Shown piece by piece: positions 13,766 through 26,810 of a stretch of DNA of 64,000 bases. The stretch's first letter is position 1. Every line of letters starts with the position of its first letter. Under the pieces are notes generated by a model. That model searched no databases. It was not told where the DNA came from and saw only the letters and a list, made by a program, of their open reading frames with translations. Made by a program: the position numbers and the translations under genes. Location: contig CM059431.1 in the NCBI GenBank assembly GCA_030390025.1, forward strand, positions 95,482,001 to 95,546,000, in the 5' to 3' direction. This stretch comes from Squalus acanthias. Its lineage: Eukaryota.

Positions 13766-14466
13766 GGCCCAGAAATTAAACACTGAGTGTTCACGCGGGG
13801 GTAAGGCTTCCCCGCGATATCTCACTCCGCGCCTACCTTTTTCCTCCGGGCCCACACGAACTTTAGTTTCAAGGCTGCAGCTGTGCAGTGCTTGCGTGAT
13901 TCAGTTAGAGCCAATGGCAGCACACCATCTTTCATTCATAGTTTTGACAGGAAGACCTGTCAAAGCTATGAATACTATACCCCCCAAAAGAACAGCTAAA
14001 CCTCAATTAAATTTTTTTAAAAAGCCATCACATTAATAAAATAAGTATAGTTAAATAAATTAACCACTTTAAACAAAAAATTAAATTTTTGAAAAAATTT
14101 AAAATCTTTTTAAAAGTTATAAAAATAAACTTACCTTTCTTTAAAGTCTCTAAAAAAGATAAACCTGTTGAAAAAAATGTAAAATAATACTTAATTAACT
14201 ACTTACCTTGTTAAAAGAGGGTCTTACGCCTCCTTTCTTTATGTGTAAAATCTTCCATGCTTACCTGCGCATTCAAAGCACTAAGTGCACTGCGTGCACA
14301 CAGCCTGTAGCGCGCACGCGGTTCACTTAGGAACCGCCCCCTTTTGAATTCACGAAGTGCCGGTTTCCTGCGCATGCGCAGTGCATGCTGGAAACCGGCA
14401 ATTGGAGACCTAAAACGCGAGAGTACACAGTGCGTACTCTCGCGTATTAGATCTAATTTTCGGGCC
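13766..14466. mobile_element. Harbinger-type MITE family M2
   Basis: TIR GGCCCAGAAATT / AATTTTCGGGCC; TSD ATC. Confidence 0.88.
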
Positions 14467-15984
14467 ATCATCTTACCATCTGCACTGTGATCAGTCCATC
14501 CTTATACCACATGCTTGAAGTAAGGGAAGTGATTGGTTCACCTAAGGAATGGTCCTCCTTAGTCTTGGAATGTAACTCAAACTTCCAAATCCAATAGCGA
14601 AGACGGAGGGGGAATAAATTAACTGGGGACAGCATTCCTTTAAATGTTTAGCATTATAAAGTGGCTAATTTGTTTAGCTGGAGTTGTCCCTCTCCCCCCA
14701 GGTGTACAGAATAGCCTTATTCTTAGCCATGCCTCTTCCTCATGACTGAGGGATGCAGCAGAGAGATAAACCTGAAATAAGGAAGCTTATTCAAAGTTAC
14801 ACCACAGAATAAAACCCACGGCAGAAAGGGCAAGAGAGTATGGAAGTTGAACTACATGCAAACAGTAAGGTAACTCATACAATATTGTTCTTTAGTCATT
14901 CAGGCTCGGCATACAATCAAATTATGCCAAAGTAATTGAAATACTGGACAGGGCAAATAAATGACCTAGTATTAAGACTGGTTTGGAGCACAGCAGCAGT
15001 AAATGATTCCTCATGAGTACCATCAAGACTACAACACTTGGTTAAAGTATACAAATTATGTCATGTAGCAAACAGGCTGATAGCAGTGTAAATTTTCAGA
15101 GAGTCACAGTAATCTCGTATTGGAGAAATGGGAGAGGAAGTTAGTATCCCTGAGTTTCCAATCATTAATGATCAGCAAATCAGAAACATCACAAATCAGG
15201 TGTGCTAAGCTCTGCACTGAGACTTTGTGCTGGGAGCAGTTTCCAAACATTTGTCCCACGCACGTGGACTCAAGATTTGTCAGCAGCACAAATGAAATTT
15301 TAGCTGCACATCTCTCCCGACAACACCTGACCAGTAAAGGAATAACCAAAGAAGATACCTTCTGCAATACAAATTTATTGACATCTTTATTCGTACCAAA
15401 AGATCTAATTGAGAGAATGCTTTTCTACCTAAACTGAATGCCGAGGTTTTGTAAACGTCAACAGTATAAATTCTCTGCAAAGGTGCTTGTAATGGCAGGT
15501 CAAACTTTGGCCAAGCCAGGCACTACTTAAGTAAATCAAGGCTTATAGTTTGCACAGGAAAATGGATGGGATCACAAACCACCACCACATAAGTTAAAAT
15601 CCTGGAATCTCATATAGTAAAAGCGGAATTTGATTTATTATGGGTAATTTTGTGATACTCCAGGTACTCTGGTGCGAAGCCTTGCCAGCACTAGGTATGA
15701 ATCATGGCTGCAGTGCATTAGCCCCATCTACAACCTGCGTTCATGTCTAACAAGGCTTCACACTGGCAGCAAAGCCTTACAAAATTACCAGTCATAGGAA
15801 ACCAGTGAACTGGATTATAATTTAACTTTTTCCCTGAGGGAAAGTGGGTTTGGTTCATGGCCTGCAATAGTTCACACTTACATGCATATAGAACCAAGGG
15901 AAGCTTCAATAGATCCATAAATTTGGAGTTTAGTAATTCTTTCTTACTTCTCCCACATTTTTCTACAATAACTACATTTCAGCC

Positions 15985-16105
15985 ACTGCTTCAACCTACA
16001 TTACAATAGTGACTACACTTCAAAAAGTACTTCATTGGCTGTGAAGCGCTTTGGGATGTCCTGTGGTTATGAAAGGTGCTATATAAACGCAAGTCTTTAC
16101 TTTTT
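15985..16105 (+). mobile_element. 3' fragment of Deu-type SINE with L2-like tail
   Basis: Matches 47890-47983 (acattaca..tacttcattggctgt..aaggtgctatataaa). Confidence 0.7.
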
Positions 16106-16270
16106 TTCTAAACAACAGCATTCTTTACACAAACATTTCCAAGGATGCAGCCCAAGCAATAGACATGAAAAAATAACCAAGCTTCCATTGAAAGCATCTC
16201 TCAGAAAAATGCTACTGTCCCAATTAACTTGTTAGTGTAGCTGATACCAAGAGGATCGCTGAATATTCAC

Positions 16271-16522
16271 CTGGCACATGATTTATGGATTGAAGGTTTG
16301 GCGACCGTACAGGTGGTGAGTCATCGTCTGAGCTGGCAACTGTCTTAATTGCATCATGGTATAGTGGTGTGGAACTAGGCATGGCAAACTTTGACATACG
16401 CGACATCATGATGGATAAGGGATTCTGGGAAAGGCTTGGCTCGGGGGGCACTGAATATGGACTGTTGGACGGAAGACTTCCAGAAAGATCCATAGAACCC
16501 GACTGCCCCGAAACTGGAACAC
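16271..16522 (-). CDS. BCL9: BCL9 penultimate coding exon (252 bp)
   Basis: PPEPSLSQNPLSIMMSRMSKFAMPSSTPLYHDAIKTVASSDDDSPP. Acceptor ccccag|GT and donor CAG|gtgaat; phase 1 joins in frame to the 5308 exon. Confidence 0.95.
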
Positions 16523-16888
16523 CTGGGGGTGGGGAAAAAACACAATACATATGAGCACTGGAGTGTTACTGAAACCTTCCAGAAGCAGAGACTGCACATT
16601 AGGTTGTAATGGAACATAGAAAGATTATTGTCAAAGCAGGTCATAGACTGCATTGTCTTTGTTCCATCTTCACATCACACATAAGCTGTAAATGTATGTG
16701 TTGCAATATTTGGGTTAAACTACAGGAAATTTAACTTGGCTGTTTCACAGGGCACATACTGGTTAGGATGTTATACTATGTCAATGTACCCTCAGAGTGC
16801 ATTTTTGGTAAAACCTATTTCTTGAGCTGTACAACTCATGAGATATAAACAAATTAACTGCATCAGGAGCAAATATAGCAAACACATC

Positions 16889-18600
16889 GGCCTAGAGTCT
16901 CTGCTTTGGTGCAATCAGGAAATTACGCCCCAAACGCACTTCAAATTGCACTGTTTTTCCTAATAGAAGTTATGGTTCAAATTTCCACCTAAACTCATTT
17001 GCATAACGTTGAATGTAAAATTTCCCTCAAATCAGTGCAATCAAGCAGCGTAAATGGGTGTGACTGATCTTGCGACTGGGAACAGAGCCAATCTGCCTCA
17101 AGTATCTGGGGAGATGTCATATAAAAGCCACTGTGAAATTGTTTTCTTCAGAGTGAGGCTGAAGACATAAAAGGTAAGAGGATACTCCTCTCTTTCTGCT
17201 AAAAATGACATGTGGCCTGACTTATCTGATTGATTGATTTAATGCATAAGTTTTAAAAGCAGCAGTGAGTGATTTCAATATGAGCAGTGTGCAAATTGAT
17301 TTAAGGAACTGCGTTGAGCTGATTGATTTAAATTAATTTTAATTTATTAATGCCAAACAGTCTGAAAGTGTATAGTTTTTCCCCTGCTGCAGATGACTGA
17401 TCAAAATCTATCTAAAGATGGTCGCAAGAAGGCTTATAATTTAATTGATGAGGACCTCCAGGCCCTCGGCGAAGGAGTCTGGTTGCCTTGTCTGAGGTCC
17501 AGCCTTCACAGGCAGTGAGGAGGTGTGCCTAGAGGGAGGTGGTGCAGGCATAAGTGGTCCAGCGGACCAGTGCCGGAAGAAATTCAATGACTTGACAAGG
17601 TCAGGAAAGTTGAGAAATTTATTTCTATTCCTTCTGCCACGCCCATTCTGTAAGACTCAAACGAAGCAGCTAGACCCGCAATCTGTCGGAGAGGACTAAA
17701 CTCTCCTCTCCCAATATATGCATAGCAGAAGCTTGCTGCAATTGCTCATAACAAATGTTGATCTTTTCCATTTGTCTTTGTAGGCCAAGTGTGTGCAAAA
17801 TGCCCGGGAAAGGGTGTAGAGTGGTGGGGGCATCCTAACCCTCAGGGTAATGACCCATGAGCAGAAGACAGTGGAGCTGCTGGGGAGCCACACTGTCACT
17901 AATGAGGCGGGTTTGGAGAGTCCAACAACTGCTGAGTACCTACCCTTTGGCCATTCAATGCTTCTGTACAGAGGGTTGCCACCCATACCCACATCCCTGT
18001 GAAAGCCACTGGGAAAATGTTTCCTTCAGAGTGAGGCTGAAGACTGAAAGGTAAGAGGACACTGATCGCTTTCTACAAAAAGGACTGAATTATCTGATTG
18101 ATTGATTTAATGCATAAGTTTTAAAAGCAGCAGTGAGTGATTTCAATCTGTGCAGTGTGCAAATTGATTTAAGGAACTGCGTTGATCTGGTTGATTGATT
18201 TAAATTAATTTTAATTTATTAATGCATAAGTTTCAAGAGCAGTGAGTGATTTCAATCTGTGCAGTGTGCAAATTGATTTAACTATTATTCCACCCTCCTG
18301 GCAATATAATTCTAATCATCTGGCTTTCTCCTCGCAGCAAAGAAGAGAAGATCGAAGGCGGTTCCGCTGGAGGAGCCAAAGGGGGAAGACTCAGAGGGGG
18401 AGATGGAGGTGGAGGAGGGGGCGAGAGCAGCCCCAACAGGAGATGGTGAGGAGGGCCTGGCTCCTTCTCTACAATGAGGGACTGATGGAAAACCACAGCT
18501 CCTCACCAACGCTCCTTCCTGGGACTGAACCCTCAACCTCACCCCCAGGCCACCCCAAGCAGAAACAGCCTGACACCAGTGCGCACACACATGACCGTTT
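16889..18600 (+). mobile_element. Old Harbinger remnant with Myb/SANT exons and an internal direct repeat
   Basis: QCRKKFNDLTRSGK at about 17568-17610, exon-2-like AKCVQNARER at about 17783, repeats 17124-17353 and 18002-18225. Confidence 0.6.
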
Positions 18601-18984
18601 GAATGTTTTTCTACTTTTCCATGTGTACATTTTTTGAATAAATCTTCCCACTCTTGTTGATTGTAAAATGTTACAAATTTTTAATACAATATTATGAAAG
18701 AAAAAAATCAATGTTTTCTGCAAAACCAACTCCCCCCCTGCCATGTATTCTATCTATCTATTCTACAATTTTGATTTTTTCTCTCTTCCTGTAATCATAC
18801 AGTCACCCACAACTACCACTTGCTTGTTCTTATGAGATTTACTTTATTCCCCATGGATAGCCAATTGCTCCATTGTGCCAGTGTTTACCCTCCTCCATTT
18901 CATTGAACTTGTCTGCATCACAGGCATCCATCACAGTATACTTGTTAGACAATGTATGACTCACAAGGGATTCCTGTACCTGCT

Positions 18985-19150
18985 ATTCCTGCCTCCTCTT
19001 CCTTTCTCCATGAACAGTCACCCATTGCCCCTTCTCTATGTCATGCCTGCTCGTTACCTGTGGGGTGACCATTTCCTGGTTTGTACTTTCCAGGAACCCG
19101 TCTTCCTCATGTTTATGGAACATCTCCAACTGTTGCTCTCCATCTGGAGA
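18985..19150 (-). mobile_element. CR1 ORF1-like fragment, inverted relative to the adjacent CR1
   Basis: FLESTNQEMVTPQV..QWVTV resembles CR1 ORF1 linker motifs. Confidence 0.5.
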
Positions 19151-21696
19151 CATTAAACTAAATATTGGGGGCATGGGATCAAATTTGGGAAGATGTGGTA
19201 ATTCAAAGATTAGAGACAAGGCAATAGAGAAAGGTATCAATATGGGAAATGATAAACAGACCATGACAGGAAGGGATAGAGAGTACAAATCTAAGAGTAA
19301 ATCAACAGATAAGGCTAGAGGTTACAAAAATAATAAAAGGGCAAAACTAAAGGCTCTGCATCTGAATGCACGTAGCATTCGAAACAAAACAGATGAACTG
19401 ATAGCGCAAATAGAAATAAATAAATATGATCTGATAGCCATTACAGAAACATGGCTGCAGGATGACATAGATTGGGACCTGAATATTGAAGGGTACATGA
19501 CATTTCGGAAGGACAGAAAGGTGGGAAAAGGTGGAGGGGTGGCTTTGTTAATTAATGATGGTATTAGCACAATAGAGAGGGATGACCTAAGTTCAGGAAA
19601 CCAGGATGTAGAAGTGGTTTGGGTACAGATGAGAAATAATAAAGGCAAGAAGTCACTTGTGGGAGTGGTGTACAGGCCCCCTAACAGTAACCACATGGTA
19701 GGATGGAGTATAAAGGAAGAAATAATGGGAGCTTGTCAGAAGGGTACGGCAATAATCATGGGGGATTTTAATCTGCATATAGACTGGAAAAATCAGATGG
19801 GCAAAGGTAGCATAGATGAGGAGTGCATGGAATGTTTTCGGGATAGTTTCTTACAACAGCACGTTCTGGAACCAACCAGAGAGCAGGCTATACTAGACCT
19901 GGTATTGTGCAATGAGATAGGATTAATTAATGACCTCATAGTGAAGGCGCCCCTAGGTAGCAGCGATCATAATATGATTGAATTTTACATTCAGTTTGAG
20001 AGAGAGAAGAGTGGGTCCAAGACTAGTATTTTAAACTTAAATAAGGGCAATTATGAGGGCATGAAAGCAGAGCTAGCTAAAGTGAACTGGCAAATCAGGT
20101 TAAAGGATAGGTCAATAGAGTTGCAGTGGCAGACATTTAAGGGGATATTTCAAAATACACAGAATATATACATTCCAACAAGAAAGAAAAATTCCAAGGG
20201 GAGGACCCACCAACTGTGGTTAACTAAAAAAATTAAAGATAGTATTAAACTTAAAGAAAAAGCATATAATTGCGCAAAGATTGGTGGCAGGTCAGAAGAT
20301 TGGACAGAATATAAAAAACAGATTAAAAGATTAATAAGGAGAGAAAAATTAGAGTACGAGAGAAAGCTAGCTAGAAATATAAAAACAGATAATAAGAGTT
20401 TCTATAGATATTTAAAAAAGAAAAGAGTTAACAAAGTGAGCATTGGTCCTATAAAAAGTGAGTCTGGGGAATTAATAATGGAAAATAAGGAGATGGCAGT
20501 TGAATTGAACAGGTATTTTGCATCGGTCTTCACTATAGAGGATACAAGTAACATCCCAGAAATAGCTGTAAATCAGGAAATGGAAGGGGGAGAGGAACTC
20601 AAGAAAATTATAATCACCAAGGAAGTGGTACTGAGCAAATTGTTGGAGCTGCGGGCTGACAAGTCCCCGGGTCCTGATGGACTTCATCCGAGGGTCTTAA
20701 AAGAAGTGGCTAGTGAGACAGTTGATGCGTTGGTTTTAATTTTCCAAAATTCCCTAGATTCGGGGAAGGTTCCATTAGATTGGAAAATAGCAAATGTAAC
20801 TCCTTTATTCAAAAACGGAGGGAGACAGAAAGCAGGAAACTACAGGCCAGTTAGCTTAACATCTGTCATAGGGAAGATGTTAGAAGCTATTATTAAAGAC
20901 AGGGCATTTAGAAAAGTTCAAAGTAATCAGGCAGAGTCAACATGGTTTTGTGCAAGGGAAATCATGTTTAACCAATTTATTAGAGTTCTTTGAGGAAGTA
21001 ACATGTGCTGTGGATAAAGGGGAACCGGTGGATGTACTGTACTTAGATTTCCAGAAGGTATTTGATAAGGTGCCACATCAAAGGTTATTGCGGAAAATAA
21101 AAGCTCATGGTGTAGGGGTAACATATTGGCATGGATAGAAGATTGGCTAGCTAACAGGAAACAGAGAGGAGGCATAAATGGGTCATTTCTGATTGGCAAG
21201 ATGTAACGAGTGGTTTGCCACAGGGATCAGTGCTGGGGCCTCAACTTTTTACAATTTATATAAATGACTTGGATGAAGGGACCGAAGGTATGGTTGCTAA
21301 ATTTGCTGATGACACAAAGATAGGTAGGAAAGTAAATTGTGAAGAGGACATAAGGAGGCTACAAAGGGATATAGATAAGTTAAGTGAGTGGGCAAAGATC
21401 TGGCAAATGGAGTATAATGTGGGAAAATGTGAAGTTGTCCATTTTGGCAGGAAGAATAAAAAAGAGGCATATTATCTAAATGGTGAGAGGTTGCAGAGCT
21501 CTGAGATGCAGAGGGATCTGGGTGTCCTAGTGCATGAATCGCAAAAGGTTACGATGCAGGTACAGCAAGTAATTAGGAAAGCTAATAGAATGTTATCGTT
21601 TATTGCGAGGGGAATTGAATACAAAAGTAGGGAGGTTATGCTTCAGTTATACAGGGCATTGGTGAGACCACATCTGGAGTACTGTGTACAGTATTG

Positions 21697-22591
21697 GGGG
21701 GGAAAATTCAGTTGGTTTGCGCCTCCCGTTAGCGCCTTAAGAGGGCGCTAATGGGGCGCAAAGCAACTAGCGCCCGTGCACGGCGATGTTTGCGTCGCTC
21801 ACGAAATTAACAAGACATTTTGCGGCAACGCTAAACACTACCGCCACGATCTCCTGCGCCGGCAGATCGTGACGTTAGTCGAGTGTGCAACGCCCCGGTA
21901 GCGCCCGGGACCGGATATTGAGTGGCGCCCCCTGCCTTACCGCCTGCTGCTAGGAACGACAGGTTGAGGGGAGCGTTTTGCAGTCAGGAAGGGACTGGGG
22001 GAGCGCTATTTAAAGGCGACCGCTTCCTGCCTTTTTTTGTTGGTGACATTTTTGCACCACGCATTCTGAGAGAGAGAGAGAGAGAGACTTCTGGAGAGAT
22101 TCAACGCTGTGTGAAGGAGATTTGGGTACTGAGCAGCACTTTGCAGGTTCATTTTGATTTGCCCTTCCTTCTATCGATTTAGAAGAGACTGTGGGGCTGC
22201 ACTCTGAGCTCTTTCCCTGGGACTCTCCATTGTTCTTTCCAGCAGATTTGATGTACAGGTCTCTCCAGGCCGAGATTCAAGGCTGCAATGAGCAGGATGT
22301 GGATGGAAAGCAAGATCAACCCTCCCCTTTAAGAACTGGCTGGCGCCATTGTGTGTGTGTTCCATTGCTGACTGACATCACATGAGCTTCGCCAGCGCTC
22401 TGAGGTAGCGCCTCACTCCTCGGCCTTTGCATCTTAAGACAGTTGTGAAGCGCCTGATTTAGCACTCCAATCACCTCCAGGGGCAATAAAAGCCAATTTT
22501 GCAGTCGGAGGCAATAATTAGCGCCAGGCGCTAATCTTTGCGCCCAACCGATAATTGCGCCCCAAATGGGGCGATACTGAATTTCTCCCCC
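21697..22591. mobile_element. Harbinger-type MITE family M1
   Basis: 15-bp imperfect TIR GGGGGRRAAATTCAG; TSD TTG; splits the CR1 codons QYW/SPY. Confidence 0.92.
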
Positions 22592-22751
22592 TTGGTCTCC
22601 TTATTTAAGGAAGGATGTAAATGCGTTGGAAGCAGTTCAGAGAAGGTTTACTAGACTAATACCTGGAATGGGCGGGTTGTCTTATGAGGAAAGGTTGGAC
22701 AGGCTAGGCTTGTATCCGCTGGAGTTTAGAAGAATAAGAGGTGACTTGATT

Positions 22752-23759
22752 AGAAGCATAGAAACATAGAAGATAGGAGCAGGAGTAGGCCATTCGGCCC
22801 CTCGAGCCTGCTCGGCCATTTAATGAGATCATGGCTGATCATCCAAATTCAGTACCCTGTCCCTGCTTTCTCCCCATATCCCTTGATCCCTTTAGCCTTA
22901 AGAAATATATCTATCTCCTTCTTGAATATATTTAATGAATTGGCCTCAACTGCCTTGTGGTAGAGAATTCCACAGGTTCACCACTCTCTGGGTGAAGAAA
23001 TCCCTCCTCATCTCAGTTCTAAATGGCTTACCCCTAATCCTTAGACTGTGACCTCTGGTTCTGGACTGCCCCGCCATCGGGAACATCCTTCTTGCATCTA
23101 GTCTGTCTAGTCCTGTTAGAATTTTATAAGTTTCAATGAGATCCCCTCTCATTCTTCTAAACTCTAGCGAATATAAGCCTAATCGACTCAATCTCTCTTC
23201 ATACGTCATTCCTGCCATCCCAGGTATCAGTCTGGTAAATCTTCGCTGCACTCCCTCTATGGCAAGGACATCCTTCCTCAGTTAAGGCGACCAAACCTGC
23301 ACACAATACTCAAGGTGTGGTCTCACCAAGGCCCTGTACAACTGCAGCAAGACATCCTTGCTCCTGTACTCGAATCCTCTCGCTATGAAGGCCAACATAC
23401 CATTTGCCTTCTTAACCGCCTGCTGCACCTGCATGCTTACCTTCAGCGACTGGTGCACAAGGACTCCCAGGTCTCGTTGCACTTCCCCTTTTCCCAATCT
23501 ATTGCCATTCAGATAATAATCTGACTTCCTGTTTTTGCCACCGAAGTGGATAACCTCGCATTTATCCACATTATACTGCATCTGCCATGCATCTGCCCAA
23601 TCACCTAACCTGTCCAAATCATACTGGAGTTTCTCTGCATCCTCCTCACAGCACACACGCCCACCCAGCTTTGTGTTGTCTGCAAACTTGGAGATATGAC
23701 ATCTAGTTCCCTCGTCTAGATCATTAATATATATTGTGAATAGCTGGGGTCCTAGCACC
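22752..23759 (-). mobile_element. 5'-truncated CR1 nested in CR1
   Basis: Minus ORFs 23282-23770 and 22946-23251; TSD GATT. Confidence 0.92.
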
Positions 23760-24453
23760 GATTGAAACATATAAGATCCTGAGGGGTCTGGACAGGGTGG
23801 ATGTGGAGAGGATGTTTCCTCTTGTGGGAGAATCTAGAACTAGGGGTTACTGTTTAAAAATAAGGGGTCGCCCATTTAAGACAGAGATGAGGAGAAATTT
23901 TTTCTCACAGAGGGTCGTGAGTCTTTGGAACTCACTTCCTCAGAGGGCGGTGGAAGCAGAGTCTTTGAATATTTTTAAGGCAGAGGTAGGTAGATTATTG
24001 GTAAGCAAGGGGGTGAAAAGTTATCAGGGGTAGGCGGGAATGTGGAGTAATCGGATCAGCCATGATCTTATTGAATGGCAGAGCAGGCTCGAAGGGCCGA
24101 GTGGCCTATTCCTGCTCCGAATTCGTATGTTCGTATGTTCTTCCATTTGTGATTGCCCTGGACCCTCGTAGAATCCAAAATCACCCACATAATGCAAATT
24201 CTACACAATGCTGGCCTAGCCTAACCCACCATACTAATTAGTTGGCAACTACTTCTTTGCTGACCTACTCTGATGGATCATCTCTACCCTCAGTACCTGA
24301 GCCCTACTCAGACCAAACTCCTCCTAAGTTCATCTCACTTTGTTGCTCTCACATCGTATTCAAAGACAAAAGCCACCAGTGCTACCATTTCCATTCAGAA
24401 GCGTTGAATTATGATTCTGGGTGATTAAGTTCAACTTCTGGGCTGGAATCTAT

Positions 24454-25201
24454 GGGCTAGAAATTTGGTGCATTTGCGCCTCTCATTAGCGCAACAGGGC
24501 GCAAAAGACTTTTCACCCGGGCACGGCGTCGCTAACGAATCCGCTAAATTCAGTGGGAGTTTAGTGGCGGCGGTAAACAGTAGCGCCCCGCTCCGCTGCG
24601 CAGGCGATGCCGATGTCATCACCGTGCGTAGCGCCCTGTTTTCGCTCCGCCTGCAAAATTGGCCCGTGCCCCCTGAATCTGCGTCGGGCGATGACAGCGA
24701 CCGATTCAGAGGGCGGGAACGGAGTGGCAGGAGGCTCACGGGGTGGTAAGTAAAGGGGAGGTGGCGGGCGGGGAAAAATAAAATCGGCCGACTTACTTGT
24801 CGCGGCCCATAGTGTCTTTGAACTTGTCGCGGCCCATAGTGTCTGTGCCGCGATCTGGCAGCCTGGCACTCCTCTTGTGTGCTGGGCTGCTGGCACAGCA
24901 CCCCGCTCCAGGTAGGGCCACGCAGAGTTGTGGGCTTGGGCCCTCCCCTTTAATGAGGGGAAGAGCCCTTCCATGCGGCAGCGCTACGTGGCCCAGTGTG
25001 TAGCGCTGCAGAACGCACCGCCCTGATATTCGGGGTTAGCGCTTTAACAAGGAAGTGGAGCGCTTGTATTAGCGCTCCACCTCCCTCTTGGGGCACTAAA
25101 ACTGAATTTAACGATCGCTGGTGCTATTTTTTGCCGGGCGCTAAATTTAGCGCCCAGGCGATGTTAGCGACCCAAAATGGTCGCTAGTGAATTTTTCCCC
25201 C
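24454..25201. mobile_element. Harbinger-type MITE (M3)
   Basis: GGGCTAGAAATT / AATTTTTCCCCC ends; GC-rich with TAGCGCCC repeats; TSD unclear. Confidence 0.8.
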
Positions 25202-25254
25202 ATAGTTTATGAGGCAATGCATTTTTCCAAATTATTTTCAATAAATAGGATTTA

Positions 25255-25973
25255 GGGGGAAAAATTCGGTTGATTTGCGCCTCCCATTAGCGCTTAAGAG
25301 GGCGCTAACGGGGTGCAAAGCAACTAGCGCCCAGGCGCAGCACCGCTAATGGCTCCCGCAAAATTCAGCAGGAGGTTAGTGGCGGCAATAACCATTAGCG
25401 CCCCGCGGCACTGCGCTTCTGGCAATGACGTCATCGCCGTGCGCAGCGCCCCACTCGCGCCCCGGCCGCAATCTTCGGCAGCGCCCCCAACTTACCTCCC
25501 AACGCTATGTCCGACCAGGTCAGGGGGGCCTCCCTGCAGCCGGGGCAGCGCAAATTAAAGGGGCAGCCATTTTTGTTGCTTGCTGCCTGCCAGCACCTGC
25601 CCCCATTGCTGTCCCTGGCCTCCTGAGCAGCCCCCCCGCAGGGTGCCGGCTGCGCTCCGTGAGCCCGGCACTTCTCTTGAGTGCTGGGCTCTTTTGCCGG
25701 CACTCTGATCCTTGGTGGCCTAGCTGGGTCCCGGGTCGCGCTGCACTAGGCCCCTCCCCTTTAATAAGGGGAGGAAGGCCTGCAGTACCATGGCGCGACG
25801 TGCCGCAGTGCGTGCCAATGCTGCACGTAGCGTCGCGATATTCGCTCGCAGCGCCCCAAGAAGGAGGCGGGGTGCTTCCAGTAGTGCCCCGCCTCCCTCT
25901 TGGGGCGCTAACAGTGAATTTCGGGTGCGGGGGCACTAACTAACCAAAGGGAGCGCGACCCAATTTTGCCCCC
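25255..25973. mobile_element. Harbinger-type MITE (M4)
   Basis: GGGGGAAAAATT / AATTTTGCCCCC ends; TTA/TAA flanks; inverted homolog at 51425-52060. Confidence 0.85.
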
Positions 25974-26108
25974 TAACTGTCCATTAAAATTGTTGGATGG
26001 AAAATATTGTAGTGCCAACCAACCTCTGTGCGGAATTACGTTAAGTGCACCCAGTGGGTGAAGCTCCACGCCAGGTGTGCAAATTTGCAAAACATACCCT
26101 ATAAAAGT

Positions 26109-26136
26109 TGGACTATAACCTGGTGTTGTGCGACTT
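26109..26136 (+). mobile_element. 28-bp ultra-truncated family A insert
   Basis: tggactataacctggtgttgtgcgactt flanked by CTATAAAAGT direct repeats (26099-26108, 26137-26146). Confidence 0.75.
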
Positions 26137-26389
26137 CTATAAAAGTATGTAATGGGAAGAATACCTGACTGATTGAGCACCCCTTGCTGACCACATACAA
26201 CATTCTAGACCTGAGATAAACAACCAAAGGCAAAACTTCCAAAATGATAAAAAGGTAATTAATGAAAATTCCAGTACATTATTCTCACTTTACAATCTGT
26301 AGATTCAGTTGTGACTAGTGCACTATGTACATGACAGCTCCACAATTCCAGCAACAAAACAACCAATTTAATCACCTCCATCTATGCTT

Positions 26390-26810
26390 ATCTTTATAAC
26401 ATTTGTCCAACTTCTTTTTAAAAGTAGCCAATTGATATAGCAGTAATTGATTTTGATGGGAGTGTATTCCACACATGTACTACTCATGAGGTGGGAGAAT
26501 TTTACCCCCACTCTCCAGCCCTACATGATACACGTCACCTTTAATTATGGTGTTGCAGGTTAATTGCTTACATCGACATTACCAAAGCCTTTGAAAATTT
26601 TACAGATCTATATCATATCTCTTTTAAACTTTTCTCTTGTAAAAACATTCAATTCTGTGAACCTCAGTTCACAACTTAACAGTTGTTCTTTAAACCATGC
26701 CCAATACATCAGGATCATTTAAAGTTGTGTCCAAAATTGCACACAATATGTCAATTTTGGTCTTATGAGTGAATGTTACAGGATTAGAATAATTTGCTTT
26801 GAGATGATGA
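26390..26810 (-). mobile_element. Ancient CR1 3' remnant
   Basis: Patchy similarity to the reverse complement of CR1 3' regions. Confidence 0.45.

Larger units (their letters stand above)
19165..24140 (+). mobile_element. CR1 LINE with near-complete ORF2 (APE endonuclease and RT), interrupted by a MITE and another CR1
   Basis: 651-aa ORF with NARSI, ITETW, GDFN and SDH; RT motifs downstream; tail cgtatgttcgtatgttc. Confidence 0.96.

Noticed and set aside
19038..20993. 651-aa ORF as a host gene or active LINE
   Set aside because: It is CR1 ORF2, frameshifted and interrupted by two insertions.
24431..25943. GC-rich ORFs or CpG-island promoter
   Set aside because: Explained by two adjacent MITEs; the ORFs have no recognisable protein motifs.
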